From contig JBGPGO010000020.1 in the NCBI GenBank assembly GCA_041483895.1, positions 1 through 55,511 of the forward strand: DNA of 55,511 nt, written 5' to 3'. The DNA comes from Fimbriimonadia bacterium (GTDB taxonomy: Bacteria; Armatimonadota; Fimbriimonadia; Fimbriimonadales; JABRVX01). The notes beneath the pieces are model-generated. The model had not been told where the DNA came from, did no database searches, and was given only the letters and a program-made list of their open reading frames with translations. Shown here one piece after another: positions 9,267 through 21,612 of the stretch; position 1 is the stretch's first letter, and each line of letters starts with the position of its first letter. Position numbers and translations under genes: made by a program.

Positions 9267-10517
9267 TTATTCAAATCGTAATGCCTCCACCGGGTGCAGC
9301 TTCGAGGCCTTGAGCGCCGGGTAAAAGCCGAAGAACACCCCAACCGCCGCCGAAACGCCAAACGCGAGAACGATCGCGCTCGGCTCCAAGGCCACCTGCC
9401 AGTTGTTCATGGTGGCAACAAGCCGCGATCCGCCAACTCCCAGCGCGACCCCCAACATGCCGCCGATCACCGAAAGCAGCAGAGCTTCGAATAGAAACTG
9501 GAACAGAACATCGTTGCGCCTTGCGCCAAGCGCTTTTCGAAGACCGATTTCACGTGTGCGCTCGGTGACGGACACCAGCATGATGTTCATAATTCCGATG
9601 CCGCCGACCGCCAGAGAAACGACCGCCAGCCAGGTGATCAGCGCCGTAAACGTATCCTGCTGTTCGTTCCTCGTCGCGGCAAGATCGGCCTGGTTGAAAA
9701 TGATGAAATCGGACGCGGCGTTATCGCTCAAATTGTGCCGCTTCCGCAGAAGGTTTTCGATTTCTGTCTGCGCCCTGGCCATCGTGGCGAAAGACTTGGA
9801 CTGGCATACGATCGTGTTCACGTTCTCCATGCCGAACAGGCGGCGCATCGCGGTGGTTGTCGGAACATAGACGGCGTCGTCAGGATTTCGCATCCCCTGC
9901 CCGCCCTTCTGCGCCAGAACGCCGATCACACGGTAGCTTTGGCCGGAAATTCGAATCGAATTGCCAACCGGATTGCGACGATCGAAGAGGGTGACCGCCA
10001 CCGACGACCCAAGCAAAGCCACCCTGTGAAGCGACTTCATATCCGATTCCACAAAGAACTGCCCCCGCTGAATCGGATGGTTGGAAATGGTCGGATAGTC
10101 CGGGCCCACGCCGTTGATCTGCGTGTTTGTGTTTTTGTCGCCAAATTTGACCTGGGCCGTCCGGTTGACCTGCGCATAGACCTTCCCAACGGCGGTCGTC
10201 TGTTTCACAATCGCGGCCGCGTCTTCCAGCTTCAATGTATTCGTAGAGCCAAACCCAAAACTGATCTGTCCCTGCCGCTGCGAGCCCGGAAAGACGGTGA
10301 GCACGTTGGTTCCGAGGCGCTGGATGCTTGCGGCGACAGCCTCTCTCGATCCTTGGCCAATCCCCACCGCGACAATCACGGCGCCCACGCCGATGACGAC
10401 GCCAAGCACCGTTAGTCCGGCCCGGAGGCGATTCGTCGAAAGTCCGCGCAGAGACATGAGCAAAGCCACCCACAGCGGCTCCCACCAGGGGTACCGCTCA
10501 ACGATTGTGACCTGTAT
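9267..10517 (-). CDS. MacB-type ABC permease (start uncertain)
   Basis: NRLRAGLTVLGVVIGV, VGGIGIMNIMLVSVTERTREIG, FGFYPA.KAS.L.PVEALRFE. Confidence 0.9.
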   Translation of the reverse strand: MQVTIVERYPWWEPLWVALLMSLRGLSTNRLRAGLTVLGVVIGVGAVIVAVGIGQGSREAVAASIQRLGTNVLTVFPGSQRQGQISFGFGSTNTLKLEDAAAIVKQTTAVGKVYAQVNRTAQVKFGDKNTNTQINGVGPDYPTISNHPIQRGQFFVESDMKSLHRVALLGSSVAVTLFDRRNPVGNSIRISGQSYRVIGVLAQKGGQGMRNPDDAVYVPTTTAMRRLFGMENVNTIVCQSKSFATMARAQTEIENLLRKRHNLSDNAASDFIIFNQADLAATRNEQQDTFTALITWLAVVSLAVGGIGIMNIMLVSVTERTREIGLRKALGARRNDVLFQFLFEALLLSVIGGMLGVALGVGGSRLVATMNNWQVALEPSAIVLAFGVSAAVGVFFGFYPALKASKLHPVEALRFE

Positions 10518-10527
10518 TTCGCCTCGC

Positions 10528-12333
10528 TTAACGTCCGCCGCGACCGCCACCGAAACCTCCTCCCATACCGCCACGGCCGCCGCCGCCGCCAAACGGGCTT
10601 CCACCCGTAGCATTTGCCTGCACCGGCGCGATCTCTTGCGCTACCACCTTCTCCCCAGCCTTCAATCCCTTCACGACCTCCACCGATTCATTGCCCTCAA
10701 TCCCAATCTCTATGGAGCGATGCTCTTTCTTGACATCGACCAAGGCGCCGTCCACCGAATCCGGGGTCTTCGGCGCCGGCCGGCCACCTGTCGCAACATC
10801 AACATACGAGCCCTTGTCATCGCTCCGAACGGCGTCCGGCGGTACTGTCAAAACGTTCTCTTTCTGATCGACGACGAAATCGCAAGCGGCATTCATGCCA
10901 GGCTTCAGCAATCGGAACGAGGGGGAAGAATTGTCCACCTCAACCCGTACTCCGACGGTAGTAACATTCTGCAAGACTGTGGCCTGGGGATTGACCCGCG
11001 TCACCTTGCCTTCGAACGGAACGCCCGGATAGGCATCGAAGCTCACATCGACGGTTTGGCCTTCCTCGATGCTCGCGATATCCGTCTCGTCAACCGTCAC
11101 GTTGACGTACATTCGCGACACGTCCCCGATCTGGACGATGGCGGTGCCGGTCGAGCTGAGCGAAAGGCCGGAGGTGATGATCGTTCCCTGTTCCACATAC
11201 TTTTGCAACACAACCCCGTTTTCCGGAGCCGTCACGACCGTCTGGTTGAGCGTCACTTCCGCATTCTTCAGGGTTGCCTGTGAGCGGGCGATCGAGGCCT
11301 TTGCGGCATCGATATCGTACTTGCGAAGTTCGTTGTTCTGACGGTTCGCGATAGCCTGGTTCACTCCCATTTGCGCTCGGCGAACCGACGCTTGCACCTG
11401 TGCGACGGCGGACTTGGCCTCTTGCTCGGCGTTCTTGGCGGCTTGGATATCCGGCTGACTCTTCGCGGAAGAAAGCTGCGCCGCCGCCTGCTCCACCCGT
11501 GCCTTCATCGCCTCGGCCTCCGCAACTTGGGCGCCGACAATGGTCCGCTGATGCTCCGCTGCCGAATTCAGAGCTGCCTGGGCAACCTCTTTTGCGGCGT
11601 CCGCTTGTTCGGCTACCTGCTTCGAAACATAGCCAAGTTCGACTAAGTGATTCTGCCGCGCCGCATTCGATTCGGCCTGCTTGAAATTCGCCTGAGCCTG
11701 ATCGTAGGCGGCCTGGGCGGATGCTTTGTCCACGGCCTGGGTCGCTTTGAGCTGCTCCTGCTGCTTCAAAACGTTGTTGTAATTCGCTAGTGATTGGTTG
11801 ATGGCCGCGCCGGTAATCGTGGGCTGTGCCGCCGCCTGATCTTGAGCGGTCTTGTACCGGGCCTGCGCCGCCTCCAAATTGGCGTTGGCGGAATTGAGGT
11901 CCGCCGTCGCCGATGAGATGCTTACCTCGGAGGTCTGCTTTTGCAAGGTGTAGCTGATCGAATTCTGCTTCAATTTCGCGTCCGCGCTCTGCGTGTCGGC
12001 CCGTGCGGTTTGTTCGTTCACAAGGGAATCCGCCGGATCGATCCGAGCGATGTTCTGGCCGGCTTTCACTTCTGATCCGAGGTCCACATCGAGGGATAGA
12101 ACCTTGCCGCCAGCCTTGGATTTTATGTCCACCACGGTCCAGGGCTGCAGCGTGCCGGTCGCCGAGACAGACTTTCTCACGGTCCCTTGCGCGACTTCGG
12201 CCAATACATATTGCGTCTCTTGCAGCGCGCCGGCCTGCTTCTTGCCGTACCAGATGTACCCGCCGACGGCAACAATCGTCACAACGGCGATCCACCAGAT
12301 CCACCCTTTGCCGTTCTTTCGGGGGTGGCTCAT
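10528..12333 (-). CDS. MacA-like periplasmic adaptor with very long coiled coil
   Basis: N-terminal TM, lipoyl-like halves (VSATGTL..., VTAPENGVV), VDETDI, LKPGMNA. Confidence 0.88.
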   Translation of the reverse strand: MSHPRKNGKGWIWWIAVVTIVAVGGYIWYGKKQAGALQETQYVLAEVAQGTVRKSVSATGTLQPWTVVDIKSKAGGKVLSLDVDLGSEVKAGQNIARIDPADSLVNEQTARADTQSADAKLKQNSISYTLQKQTSEVSISSATADLNSANANLEAAQARYKTAQDQAAAQPTITGAAINQSLANYNNVLKQQEQLKATQAVDKASAQAAYDQAQANFKQAESNAARQNHLVELGYVSKQVAEQADAAKEVAQAALNSAAEHQRTIVGAQVAEAEAMKARVEQAAAQLSSAKSQPDIQAAKNAEQEAKSAVAQVQASVRRAQMGVNQAIANRQNNELRKYDIDAAKASIARSQATLKNAEVTLNQTVVTAPENGVVLQKYVEQGTIITSGLSLSSTGTAIVQIGDVSRMYVNVTVDETDIASIEEGQTVDVSFDAYPGVPFEGKVTRVNPQATVLQNVTTVGVRVEVDNSSPSFRLLKPGMNAACDFVVDQKENVLTVPPDAVRSDDKGSYVDVATGGRPAPKTPDSVDGALVDVKKEHRSIEIGIEGNESVEVVKGLKAGEKVVAQEIAPVQANATGGSPFGGGGGRGGMGGGFGGGRGGR

Positions 12334-12485
12334 CGGACCTCCACACAATAACGACCCGGGGCGATACCCCGGGAATTGGACAGAGTTCTCGAAATCAGGG
12401 CGAGTTCATGCATAAAAATGGTATTCCTGAACTAGTTTACGCTCAAAACCCCCGCCATGTTCACCAGCGAGGGCAAAACTACCCG

Positions 12486-12722
12486 GTAGCCGCACGCTTT
12501 AGCTTGCGTTCCGATCACGCTCTGTAGCCGCGGTTCCTCATTTAGACACCCGCCGGAATTGCCACGAACAAGAACCGCGAAAAGGGCAACGCCGGTAGCC
12601 GCGGTTCCTCGTTCCGACACCAGCCGGAATTGCCATGAACAAGAACCGCGAAAAGGGCAGCCCCTGTAGCTGCGGGTCCGAGCGCTGATGGCTCCCATTA
12701 ACAGCAACCCAAGGCCCGCAGC
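12486..12722 (+). repeat. Tandem array of GTAG long-loop REP elements (family C), period 71 bp
   Basis: GTAG at 12524, 12595, 12666 each followed by stem/34-35 nt loop/stem; a short-loop GTAG variant at 12486. Confidence 0.85.
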
Positions 12723-12804
12723 GGGTTGTCGAGACGTCACCAATGCCAGACAATCCGCCACCCAAACTCGCCCATGGTCACCGTCTCGCCCAAGCCTCCG
12801 CGAC

Positions 12805-13022
12805 TCAACTAACGCGCCGCAATTCGGCGATGACGGGCAGGTCGAAAAGCTCCTTGCGAAGAAGTCGAGCGGAAAAGTACATTACTTCGATGTTTTCAAT
12901 ATCATCGGTGGTCGGATTCAACCGGATGATAACACCATCGCCAAGCTCCTCGGACTCCTGCTCCTCGTACGGAAGGCGCGTGTCAATATACATTATGTCA
13001 GCCTCCCGATCGTATCGAAATG

Positions 13023-13038
<16 letters not shown>
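12805..13038 (-). CDS. DUF2283 family putative antitoxin
   Basis: YDREADIMYI...SEELGDGVIIRLN...IEV; GTG start with GGAGG. Confidence 0.8.
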
Positions 13039-14632
<1,594 letters not shown>

Positions 14633-14671
14633 TCAGCCTCCTAGCTTCGCAGGCAGTATACTCCCAGGCGG

Positions 14672-15265
14672 ATGATTGCCAGTCTCCGGGGCCAAGTGAT
14701 CGAGATCGAGCAAGGAAGCGTCGTACTCGACGTCGGCGGCGTCGGGTACGAGGTGTTCGTCACGGATGCCACCGCGCGCGCGCTTCCCGAAGAACAGGTG
14801 ACCCTTCACATCCGCCTGATAAACCGGGAGGGAGAATGGAGCCTCTACGGCTTTCAGGATCGATTTGATCGGCGCCTATTCGATTTGCTGGTCGGCGTAA
14901 ACGGAGTCGGTCCAAGGCATGCGATGAGCCTGCTTGGCGATTTGGGCCCCTCGGTTCTGGCGGTCAAAATCGCTGCAAAAGAGGCAGGCGCATTGACGGT
15001 GGTCAGCGGAATCGGCCCGAAGCTGGCGCAACGGATCGTTTTGGAGATTTCCGAGCGGGTCGCCGAACTCGCGATAGGACATAAAGCCGTCGTACAGATG
15101 GAAACCCAGGGGCGGCCATCAGACGTCGAATCGGCGCTGGTCGCGCTTGGATACACGAAATCGGAAGCCCGAAGAGCGGCCGGCCAAGCGCAGGGCGACG
15201 AGCCCGAAGCTTCGCCGGAGCAGCTCGTACGAAAGGCGCTCGCGATAATCGCAGATGGAAACTGA
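14672..15265 (+). CDS. ruvA: Holliday junction branch migration protein RuvA
   Basis: [20 protein letters not shown], HhH GVGP/GIGPK, ALVALGY. Confidence 0.95.
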   Translation: MIASLRGQVIEIEQGSVVLDVGGVGYEVFVTDATARALPEEQVTLHIRLINREGEWSLYGFQDRFDRRLFDLLVGVNGVGPRHAMSLLGDLGPSVLAVKIAAKEAGALTVVSGIGPKLAQRIVLEISERVAELAIGHKAVVQMETQGRPSDVESALVALGYTKSEARRAAGQAQGDEPEASPEQLVRKALAIIADGN

Positions 15266-16295
15266 ACTCGACAGATTGGTAGAAAGAGAGCGACTGCCGG
15301 AGGACGGAAGCGAATCCTCGCTGCGTCCGCAGTGGTTGCGCGACTTCATCGGTCAAGAAAAGATGAAGGAACGACTCTCCATCTTTCTCCAGGCGGCTCG
15401 CGGCCGAAACGAGCCGTTGGACCACACGCTCCTATATGGTCCCCCTGGGTTGGGAAAAACAACGCTTGCCGGTATCGTGGCGCGCGAAATGGGCGCCGAT
15501 CTCCGCGTCACCTCCGGGCCCGCCATCGAGCGGCCGGGCGATCTCGCCACCATCCTCACAAAGCTCGAAGTCGGCGAGGTGCTGTTCATCGACGAAATCC
15601 ATCGTCTGCCGCGACCCGTTGAGGAAGTCCTCTACCCGGCGATGGAGGACTACAAGCTGGATATCGTGATTGGCAAGGGGCCGGGGGCCAATGCCATACG
15701 GCTCAATTTGCAGCCGTTCACCATTGTCGGCGCGACCACGCGCGCAAGCCTGCTCAGTTCCCCGCTGCGCGATCGCTTCGGCGTTCTGTTCCATTTCGGC
15801 TATTACGAATTCGATGAATTGCGAAAAATCGTGGACCGATCCTCACGATTGCTGGAAATCAAGTGTGATAACGGGGGTTCAGAGGAGATCGCCCGCCGAT
15901 CCCGTGGAACACCGCGGATTGCGAATCGTCTATTAAGACGAGTCCGCGATTACGCCCAAGTTCGTGCGAACGGTCTCATCGACACCTCGGTGGCGCAAGA
16001 TGCCCTGGGACTGTTTGAGGTAGACAATCTTGGCTTGGACCGCATCGATCGGGTAATGCTGGAAACGCTGATTATGAAATTCGGCGGAGGCCCGGTCGGA
16101 CTCGAGACGTTGGCCGCCGCGACAAACGAAGATTCGGGGACAATCGAAGACGTGTACGAACCCTATCTGATCCAGTTGGGGTTCATCAATCGAACACCGC
16201 GCGGACGATGCGCGACGCCGCTGGCATACAAACACCTCGGCGAAACGCCGCCCACGCACCAGGAGGGGTTATTCCCGTCGGGAGAGACGCAATGA
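15255..16295 (+). CDS. ruvB: Holliday junction helicase RuvB
   Basis: [39 protein letters not shown]. Confidence 0.98.
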   Translation: METELDRLVERERLPEDGSESSLRPQWLRDFIGQEKMKERLSIFLQAARGRNEPLDHTLLYGPPGLGKTTLAGIVAREMGADLRVTSGPAIERPGDLATILTKLEVGEVLFIDEIHRLPRPVEEVLYPAMEDYKLDIVIGKGPGANAIRLNLQPFTIVGATTRASLLSSPLRDRFGVLFHFGYYEFDELRKIVDRSSRLLEIKCDNGGSEEIARRSRGTPRIANRLLRRVRDYAQVRANGLIDTSVAQDALGLFEVDNLGLDRIDRVMLETLIMKFGGGPVGLETLAAATNEDSGTIEDVYEPYLIQLGFINRTPRGRCATPLAYKHLGETPPTHQEGLFPSGETQ

Positions 16296-17464
16296 CCTGT
16301 ACACACTGCAACAGTGAAAATAGCGACGACAGCCTGTTCTGCAAAGCATGCGGACGCCGCCTGTTCGTCAAGAAACTGATTTCAGAGCAAATTGTCGATG
16401 TGGAAAAGCTGCTAAACGACGGCTATTTCGCGCTGGATGCCGGGCGGACCGGCGAAGCGTTGCTTGTCGTGGAAGGCATCCTCCGTTTGGACCCGACGAA
16501 TGGCTCCGCCTGGTCGCTCAAGGCGCTCGTCCACGAGCGGAGCGGCGAGCGGGACGAAGCCATTGACGCCTACGAGCAGGTGGTCGCGCTAAACCCCGAC
16601 AGCAGCCAGGACCGTCGCAGGCTAATGGAGCTGCGCTCGGCGGGTTCGGCTGCAGCAGCGAACCGGTCCAAATTCCGCGGCCCGTCGCCGCTCTTGGCAG
16701 GCATGCTCACCGTCGTCGTGCTTCTCGTCTTCATGCTCGGCATGGCCGCTTGGGTCATGAACGCACAGGCAGTCAAGAAGATGGCGGATAGCAGCCAAGT
16801 CAATGGAACGCCGGCGCAAAATCCTACCGCGGCCAATCCGAATCGCACGGCAGTTCCGCCGACGGCCAATTTTAATAACCAACCGAGTGCCCAGCCGCCG
16901 GCATCCAATACGCAGCCGGTTCATCGTTCGGATCAGGACAAATCCCTATCGCCGGTCTTTCCGCTGGACACCTCGAATTTCTCCGGCACCGCAGCGACGG
17001 CACAGCCGAAAGGCACCACCAAAACAGATAACGGCTCGGTTGTCCTACCTACAAGCACGACAGCGTCCAGTGGGAACAACTCGGCAAAAAAGCCGGACGA
17101 ACCGAAATCGATCATCGATGTCCACGTTTCCGATGGCCAGCCGGCAAAGACCGCCGCCGGACCCAGCGTGGACCAGCAGTCGCTGAGCCTTCTCAAAATC
17201 GCGAGAACACAACAGCAGCAAGGGGACTACCGGACAGCCATCAAGTCGTACGAACGCGCTCTCGGCGGCGCACGCTTCAAAGGGTATATCTATCAATCCA
17301 TTGGACTTTGCTACGACCGCCTGCGGGACGCCGGCAACGCCACCCAGGCCTACAGGAACGCGATTGACCAATACTCCCGGCAGATTGCCGATGGGTACGA
17401 CGTGAACGGCGCGCGGGCCGGTGTAGAGGTCTGCCGAAGCTGGCTAAAAGCACAGGGCGCATGA
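16292..17464 (+). CDS. Zinc-ribbon/TPR membrane protein
   Basis: CTHC..FCKACG, TPR, one TM, P/T/N-rich linker, C-terminal TPR; ATGA overlap with ruvB. Confidence 0.8.
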   Translation: MTCTHCNSENSDDSLFCKACGRRLFVKKLISEQIVDVEKLLNDGYFALDAGRTGEALLVVEGILRLDPTNGSAWSLKALVHERSGERDEAIDAYEQVVALNPDSSQDRRRLMELRSAGSAAAANRSKFRGPSPLLAGMLTVVVLLVFMLGMAAWVMNAQAVKKMADSSQVNGTPAQNPTAANPNRTAVPPTANFNNQPSAQPPASNTQPVHRSDQDKSLSPVFPLDTSNFSGTAATAQPKGTTKTDNGSVVLPTSTTASSGNNSAKKPDEPKSIIDVHVSDGQPAKTAAGPSVDQQSLSLLKIARTQQQQGDYRTAIKSYERALGGARFKGYIYQSIGLCYDRLRDAGNATQAYRNAIDQYSRQIADGYDVNGARAGVEVCRSWLKAQGA

Positions 17465-18990
17465 GATTTCGGCTCATCGGACTCCTCCTCGCAACCGCCA
17501 CCCTTTGTCACGCGCGTTCTTTGATGCTGGTCTATCAGCAACCTATTGCCGTCGGTGGAACCGGGGATCTGAACTTTTCATTGGTGACGCAAGTCAAGGC
17601 GGAACTGGATCAGGTTGGCAAGGTCGCGCCGCTTGTTTACGATGTGAATTCCAACGTCATCAAGATGGCGCTAGAATCAAAGCAGATCAAAGTCGCGCCG
17701 GCGGAGCCGACAAAAGACCAACTCATGGCAATCGCAAAAGGGCTCCAGTGCAAGTATCTGCTCATCGTACAGGCCCAAAAAGTGGACGAGGAGCTGCAGA
17801 CGAGCGCCGAGCTATACCTCGTCGGTCGTTCGAAGCCGATTTGGGGACCGGTCAAGCAGACGTTTAAGGCCTTGGTCGGCAACACCATCGATTTCAACAA
17901 CGCCTCCGCATCCGCCGGCCGGACGATCGCGCTGCAGCTCAACGATCCGTTGGCGAAAGAGGATGCCGAACCGCTCTTAGGCAAGCCCGATCCCGGCCAT
18001 GCGGCGGAAAACACCACCCCCCCTGCCCCGCCGGAAAATAAACCGTGGACCGACGGCCTCGCGGCATTTACCGCCGAAGACTACACCGAAGCCGCGGCCC
18101 TGCTTCGCGAAGCCGTGGACCGAGACCCGCTGAACCCGGATATCCGCATCACGTTGATTCGGACATACGAGCGCTTAAATATGCTCGACCAGGCGATGGA
18201 CGAGATGGACCGCTCCCTCCGCCTGCTCAGCGACGTGCCGAAGCTGCGGACTGTCCAAGCTGGACTGTTCCTGAGAACAGGCAGGCTCCGCGACGCCGAG
18301 GTCGTATACCGCACGCTTCTCATCAAGAATAAGGATGATGTCGACGCGACCGTGGGACTTGCGGAAGTGATGAACGCGCGGCTGATGCCCGCCGAAGCGG
18401 CACGCCTCTACCGCCAAGCCCGGCAAATCGCCCCGACGAACGCCGACTATGCGTGGGCGCTGTCAGAAACCCTCGCGATTGAGGGCGATTTCGAAAACAG
18501 CCTCAAAGAGCGAGATGCCGCGGTGGCGCTTGGCCTCTCCAAGGACGCCATCGCGATCCGGGAAAGATATCATCGCCTGATGACCATCGTCGGCGCTGCC
18601 GAAAACGAAATTGCCACTGCCGTGAGCGCCGTGCATGCCGATGCCGTCCAGGCCAAAGGGCACCCGGACCCCGACCTCAACGCCCGGATCGCGGACGTTC
18701 TTGTACGCACTAACAACCTCATCGCCTACCTGGAGCAGCTTCCCAAGCCGAAGGACCACGAAGCGAGCCATGCGCGGCGCGTATACGGCCTAAATCTCCT
18801 GAGCCAGTCCATCATCTCCCTCAAGCGAGGGGTGGAGGATGCCCAGGAAGACGCGCTGGACGAGTCCGCCTTGACGCGTTCCGAAGCGCTCCGAGAAATC
18901 GTGACGGCGGACAAGCTGTATCAAGACGAAGTGGCCAGCCAGCCTCCGATCCCGAAAGGCAAAGAAAAACCGCCCCAGCCCGGAGGCTAG
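17461..18990 (+). CDS. Exported TPR-repeat protein
   Basis: Signal peptide, several TPR-like helical repeats; ATGA overlap. Confidence 0.8.
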   Translation: MRFRLIGLLLATATLCHARSLMLVYQQPIAVGGTGDLNFSLVTQVKAELDQVGKVAPLVYDVNSNVIKMALESKQIKVAPAEPTKDQLMAIAKGLQCKYLLIVQAQKVDEELQTSAELYLVGRSKPIWGPVKQTFKALVGNTIDFNNASASAGRTIALQLNDPLAKEDAEPLLGKPDPGHAAENTTPPAPPENKPWTDGLAAFTAEDYTEAAALLREAVDRDPLNPDIRITLIRTYERLNMLDQAMDEMDRSLRLLSDVPKLRTVQAGLFLRTGRLRDAEVVYRTLLIKNKDDVDATVGLAEVMNARLMPAEAARLYRQARQIAPTNADYAWALSETLAIEGDFENSLKERDAAVALGLSKDAIAIRERYHRLMTIVGAAENEIATAVSAVHADAVQAKGHPDPDLNARIADVLVRTNNLIAYLEQLPKPKDHEASHARRVYGLNLLSQSIISLKRGVEDAQEDALDESALTRSEALREIVTADKLYQDEVASQPPIPKGKEKPPQPGG

Positions 18991-19094
18991 AGCGGTATTC
19001 TGGATACCTTTCGGTACCTCGCATGGGAAAAGGAGGACATGCGTATATATTCCAACGTAGGTAGTTTTAACAAAGTTCCGAACGGGCAGTTTTC

Positions 19095-19982
19095 TTACAC
19101 CATTTTTGCGAAAACTTCATCAGCATAGGGTAGCGGGATGCCGTCGGGGGAAAGCGCGGCCAGTTCCAACACCTGGATTTCGCCCCAATTCGCCTCCCTC
19201 CGCTTCCCCGCCACAGCCATGAGCCGAGCGTTTTTCTGCCCCACAACCTCGCCTTCCTTCACATCCTGATTCTGGAAGACATAGTCGCCGACGGTCATCA
19301 GATACTCGCCCGCGAGGGGAGCAAGGCGGGCGTCGCGCACAAACACCTCCATCTCCGTCTTCCGGAACCGATACATGCCGAGCGTATGCACCCAGGTCTC
19401 ATGCTTGCCCTCCCCGGTGATGGCGAAAAGGGTGACGTGGGCGGCAGGTCCGGGCAGCGCGGGCCAGTTGCCGGGCGCGCGCCATCTGCGGACGCCGATA
19501 TCTCTTATCATGCCGCCGGCCAGAGCCGAGATGCGTTCCGCCGCCATCTGAGTCATGTCGGCGATTCTCAGCGGGTCGGGTCCGATTTCGGCGATGGTGA
19601 TGTCGGCGAGGGTGCATTGGCCGGCGATGATGCGCTCGACGTGGAGGCGTACGGCTTCAGGCTCCCGCCCGGCGCTCCGCCTCGCCTCGTCCGCTGCGCC
19701 GTCCTTCCACGAGAGGGGGCCGACGCTGAGATTGAGAGCTGCGTTTTTTTCCGGGACCACGATGCCATAGCGGCCGGGCTCCAGCCCCGCCTCCTTTAGC
19801 TGCACCTGGTCCTTGCTCTTATCGAGCGGGACGATGAAAGCGGGGATGGCTCCGCCGGCGCCGTTCGCTTGGGCAATGCTCAGCAGCGCGGGGACGCGCT
19901 CGGAGGGGAAATAGACCTGCACCCGCCACCCGGTCCTGTCGAGGGTGATGGGAACATAACGCCGCTTTCGAAAGGGCCACAC
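19095..19982 (-). CDS. Hypothetical protein (C-terminus DUF4261-like)
   Basis: 295-aa ORF; WVHTLGM..F...EME motif. Confidence 0.65.
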   Translation of the reverse strand: MWPFRKRRYVPITLDRTGWRVQVYFPSERVPALLSIAQANGAGGAIPAFIVPLDKSKDQVQLKEAGLEPGRYGIVVPEKNAALNLSVGPLSWKDGAADEARRSAGREPEAVRLHVERIIAGQCTLADITIAEIGPDPLRIADMTQMAAERISALAGGMIRDIGVRRWRAPGNWPALPGPAAHVTLFAITGEGKHETWVHTLGMYRFRKTEMEVFVRDARLAPLAGEYLMTVGDYVFQNQDVKEGEVVGQKNARLMAVAGKRREANWGEIQVLELAALSPDGIPLPYADEVFAKMV

Positions 19983-20180
19983 AGCAGTTAGGATACCCTC
20001 CAGTAGCCACGGGTGCGAATTCCGGCTTCCTTTGGTGCACCACGATGCTGGGCAAACGCTCTCTCTATTGTTCGACTCTTCCGATAAATGGCATCCTTAA
20101 CTCTTGGCAAAAGTGTCAAGGATGTCCTGTCAGAAGTATGAATCATGTCTTGTCAATGTACAAGTGTTTGTGGAGGGATG

Positions 20181-20720
20181 TCAATTGTTAGGCTGCACAG
20201 ACACGTAGTTTGTTGCCTCCCTGAAGTTGTCTGGGAATTCGCTGGAGTGTACCAACCGACGCGTCACATGGGAGCCCTTCACTGTCAATTCGCAGCGCCA
20301 TCCTTCCGAGGCGTCTGCTCCGTCCATGTAGACAACGCACCCAGTGTCGCCGTCGTCGAGTTGTAGAAGCGTCATAGTATTTACAAACGCCAGCGCAGCG
20401 AACGCCGACCGCGGTACTACAATCTCTTCGCTCCCATGGCGAATGCGCAAAGACTCCACCATTAGCCAAGGTTTGCGCTCCCGGGCTGAAAGGTGTTGCT
20501 CACCCCTAGCTCCCCACGGCGGCGAACTCGTTGCGGTGCGATCCACTCGGGATTGCACCAATATCGCGTTCCAGGCGCCAACCCGAGACTCTAGGGTGAT
20601 CCGATCCTTGTCGCCCGCGTTTCTGTTGGCCCGCCCCGCGCCATTCGCGTGGCCCAACCAGAGTACGAGCGCAACCATCAGCGCGATTACCAGCACAGAA
20701 ATAAGTAGTTTCCTAAGCAT
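20181..20720 (-). CDS. Exported/membrane-anchored protein, candidate immunity to Tlde1-like toxin
   Basis: Hydrophobic N-terminus, GGAGG upstream, follows toxin fragment. Confidence 0.6.
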   Translation of the reverse strand: MLRKLLISVLVIALMVALVLWLGHANGAGRANRNAGDKDRITLESRVGAWNAILVQSRVDRTATSSPPWGARGEQHLSARERKPWLMVESLRIRHGSEEIVVPRSAFAALAFVNTMTLLQLDDGDTGCVVYMDGADASEGWRCELTVKGSHVTRRLVHSSEFPDNFREATNYVSVQPNN

Positions 20721-20782
20721 ACTCTCAAACCTCCGGCACCCCCGACCGCCCGCCGTCATCCAGACGGTCTGGGGGTCTTCGA

Positions 20783-21004
20783 CTAGGGGATCACGTGCAA
20801 CGTGTTGTCCCCGCTGTTACCTATCCGTTTCCGAATCGCTTTCCCGAGGATTATGCATCCCGTAGACGCAGAATTGTCGCCCCGATTGTTATCGCCGTGG
20901 ATGTAGAAGCCGCTCCGCCCGTGCATGTCGTTGCCCGGACTTGGATCGAGTGGCAGGCTGGGGCGCGGGGGGTGGTCCGTCGGAGCGCCGATACCGTTAT
21001 TCAC
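20783..21004 (-). pseudogene. Tlde1/DUF2778-like L,D-peptidase toxin, C-terminal fragment
   Basis: GRSGFYIHGD...SASTGCII...GD..L.V; N-terminal GPIP region absent. Confidence 0.7.
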
Positions 21005-21606
21005 TCGTCTTTCTCCGCCGGCGGCTGATCGAATTTTAGTGAATGTAGCGCCGCGAGAATCTTTCCTCCGTCCCCAGCGTCGTCGGTTGTGCAAGCATAT
21101 ACGAAAATGAACCTGTTGTTCAGTTGTGCAGTCATCGTGTAAGCGGTTGCCTGGCCTTTGGCCCGATAAACGATCAGGAGGCGGTGCCCGACTCCGTTAG
21201 TCTCACTTTCTTGATATGCTTCGGAAAATCCTGCCATGCGGATGTTACTCGAATATTTTTCGGCGGCCATTTTGACCGAGACATCCGAATCTGGCTCAGA
21301 GTAGGATGGATCGACGATCCATTTGACTGTGAACGGTCGATCTGGCGAAACGTCTGCGTTCCATATCTTCGATCTAGTCTCGCTGGCGACGGTTCCTTGG
21401 CTAATTGCTAGTTTTGGCTCGGTAGGCAACCACACCGCGAAGCCGCAGTTCTCCGGCCGAAACAAGTGCCAACCTTGGAGCAAAGGTGTCGGTGCTTTTG
21501 CGCAACCCAGTACCAGGACTATATGGGCCAGGAGGACTGCAACTAATCCGGCGCTACAACTTCGACTGGGCAACAACTGGCCAGAGTTAAGTTGGCGATC
21601 CAGCAA
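21001..21606 (-). CDS. Lipoprotein-like candidate immunity protein
   Basis: VLVLG-C lipobox; immediately downstream of Rhs stop. Confidence 0.6.
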   Translation of the reverse strand: MLDRQLNSGQLLPSRSCSAGLVAVLLAHIVLVLGCAKAPTPLLQGWHLFRPENCGFAVWLPTEPKLAISQGTVASETRSKIWNADVSPDRPFTVKWIVDPSYSEPDSDVSVKMAAEKYSSNIRMAGFSEAYQESETNGVGHRLLIVYRAKGQATAYTMTAQLNNRFIFVYACTTDDAGDGGKILAALHSLKFDQPPAEKDE

Positions 21607-21612
21607 GTCATT

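Noticed and set aside
12524..12722. CRISPR array
   Set aside because: Units 1 and 2 are near-identical throughout, units start with GTAG and match the RAYT flanks, and no cas genes are present
19039..19128. 29-aa ORF after AAGGAGG
   Set aside because: Only 2 nt between SD and ATG, and it overlaps a convergent gene; unsupported
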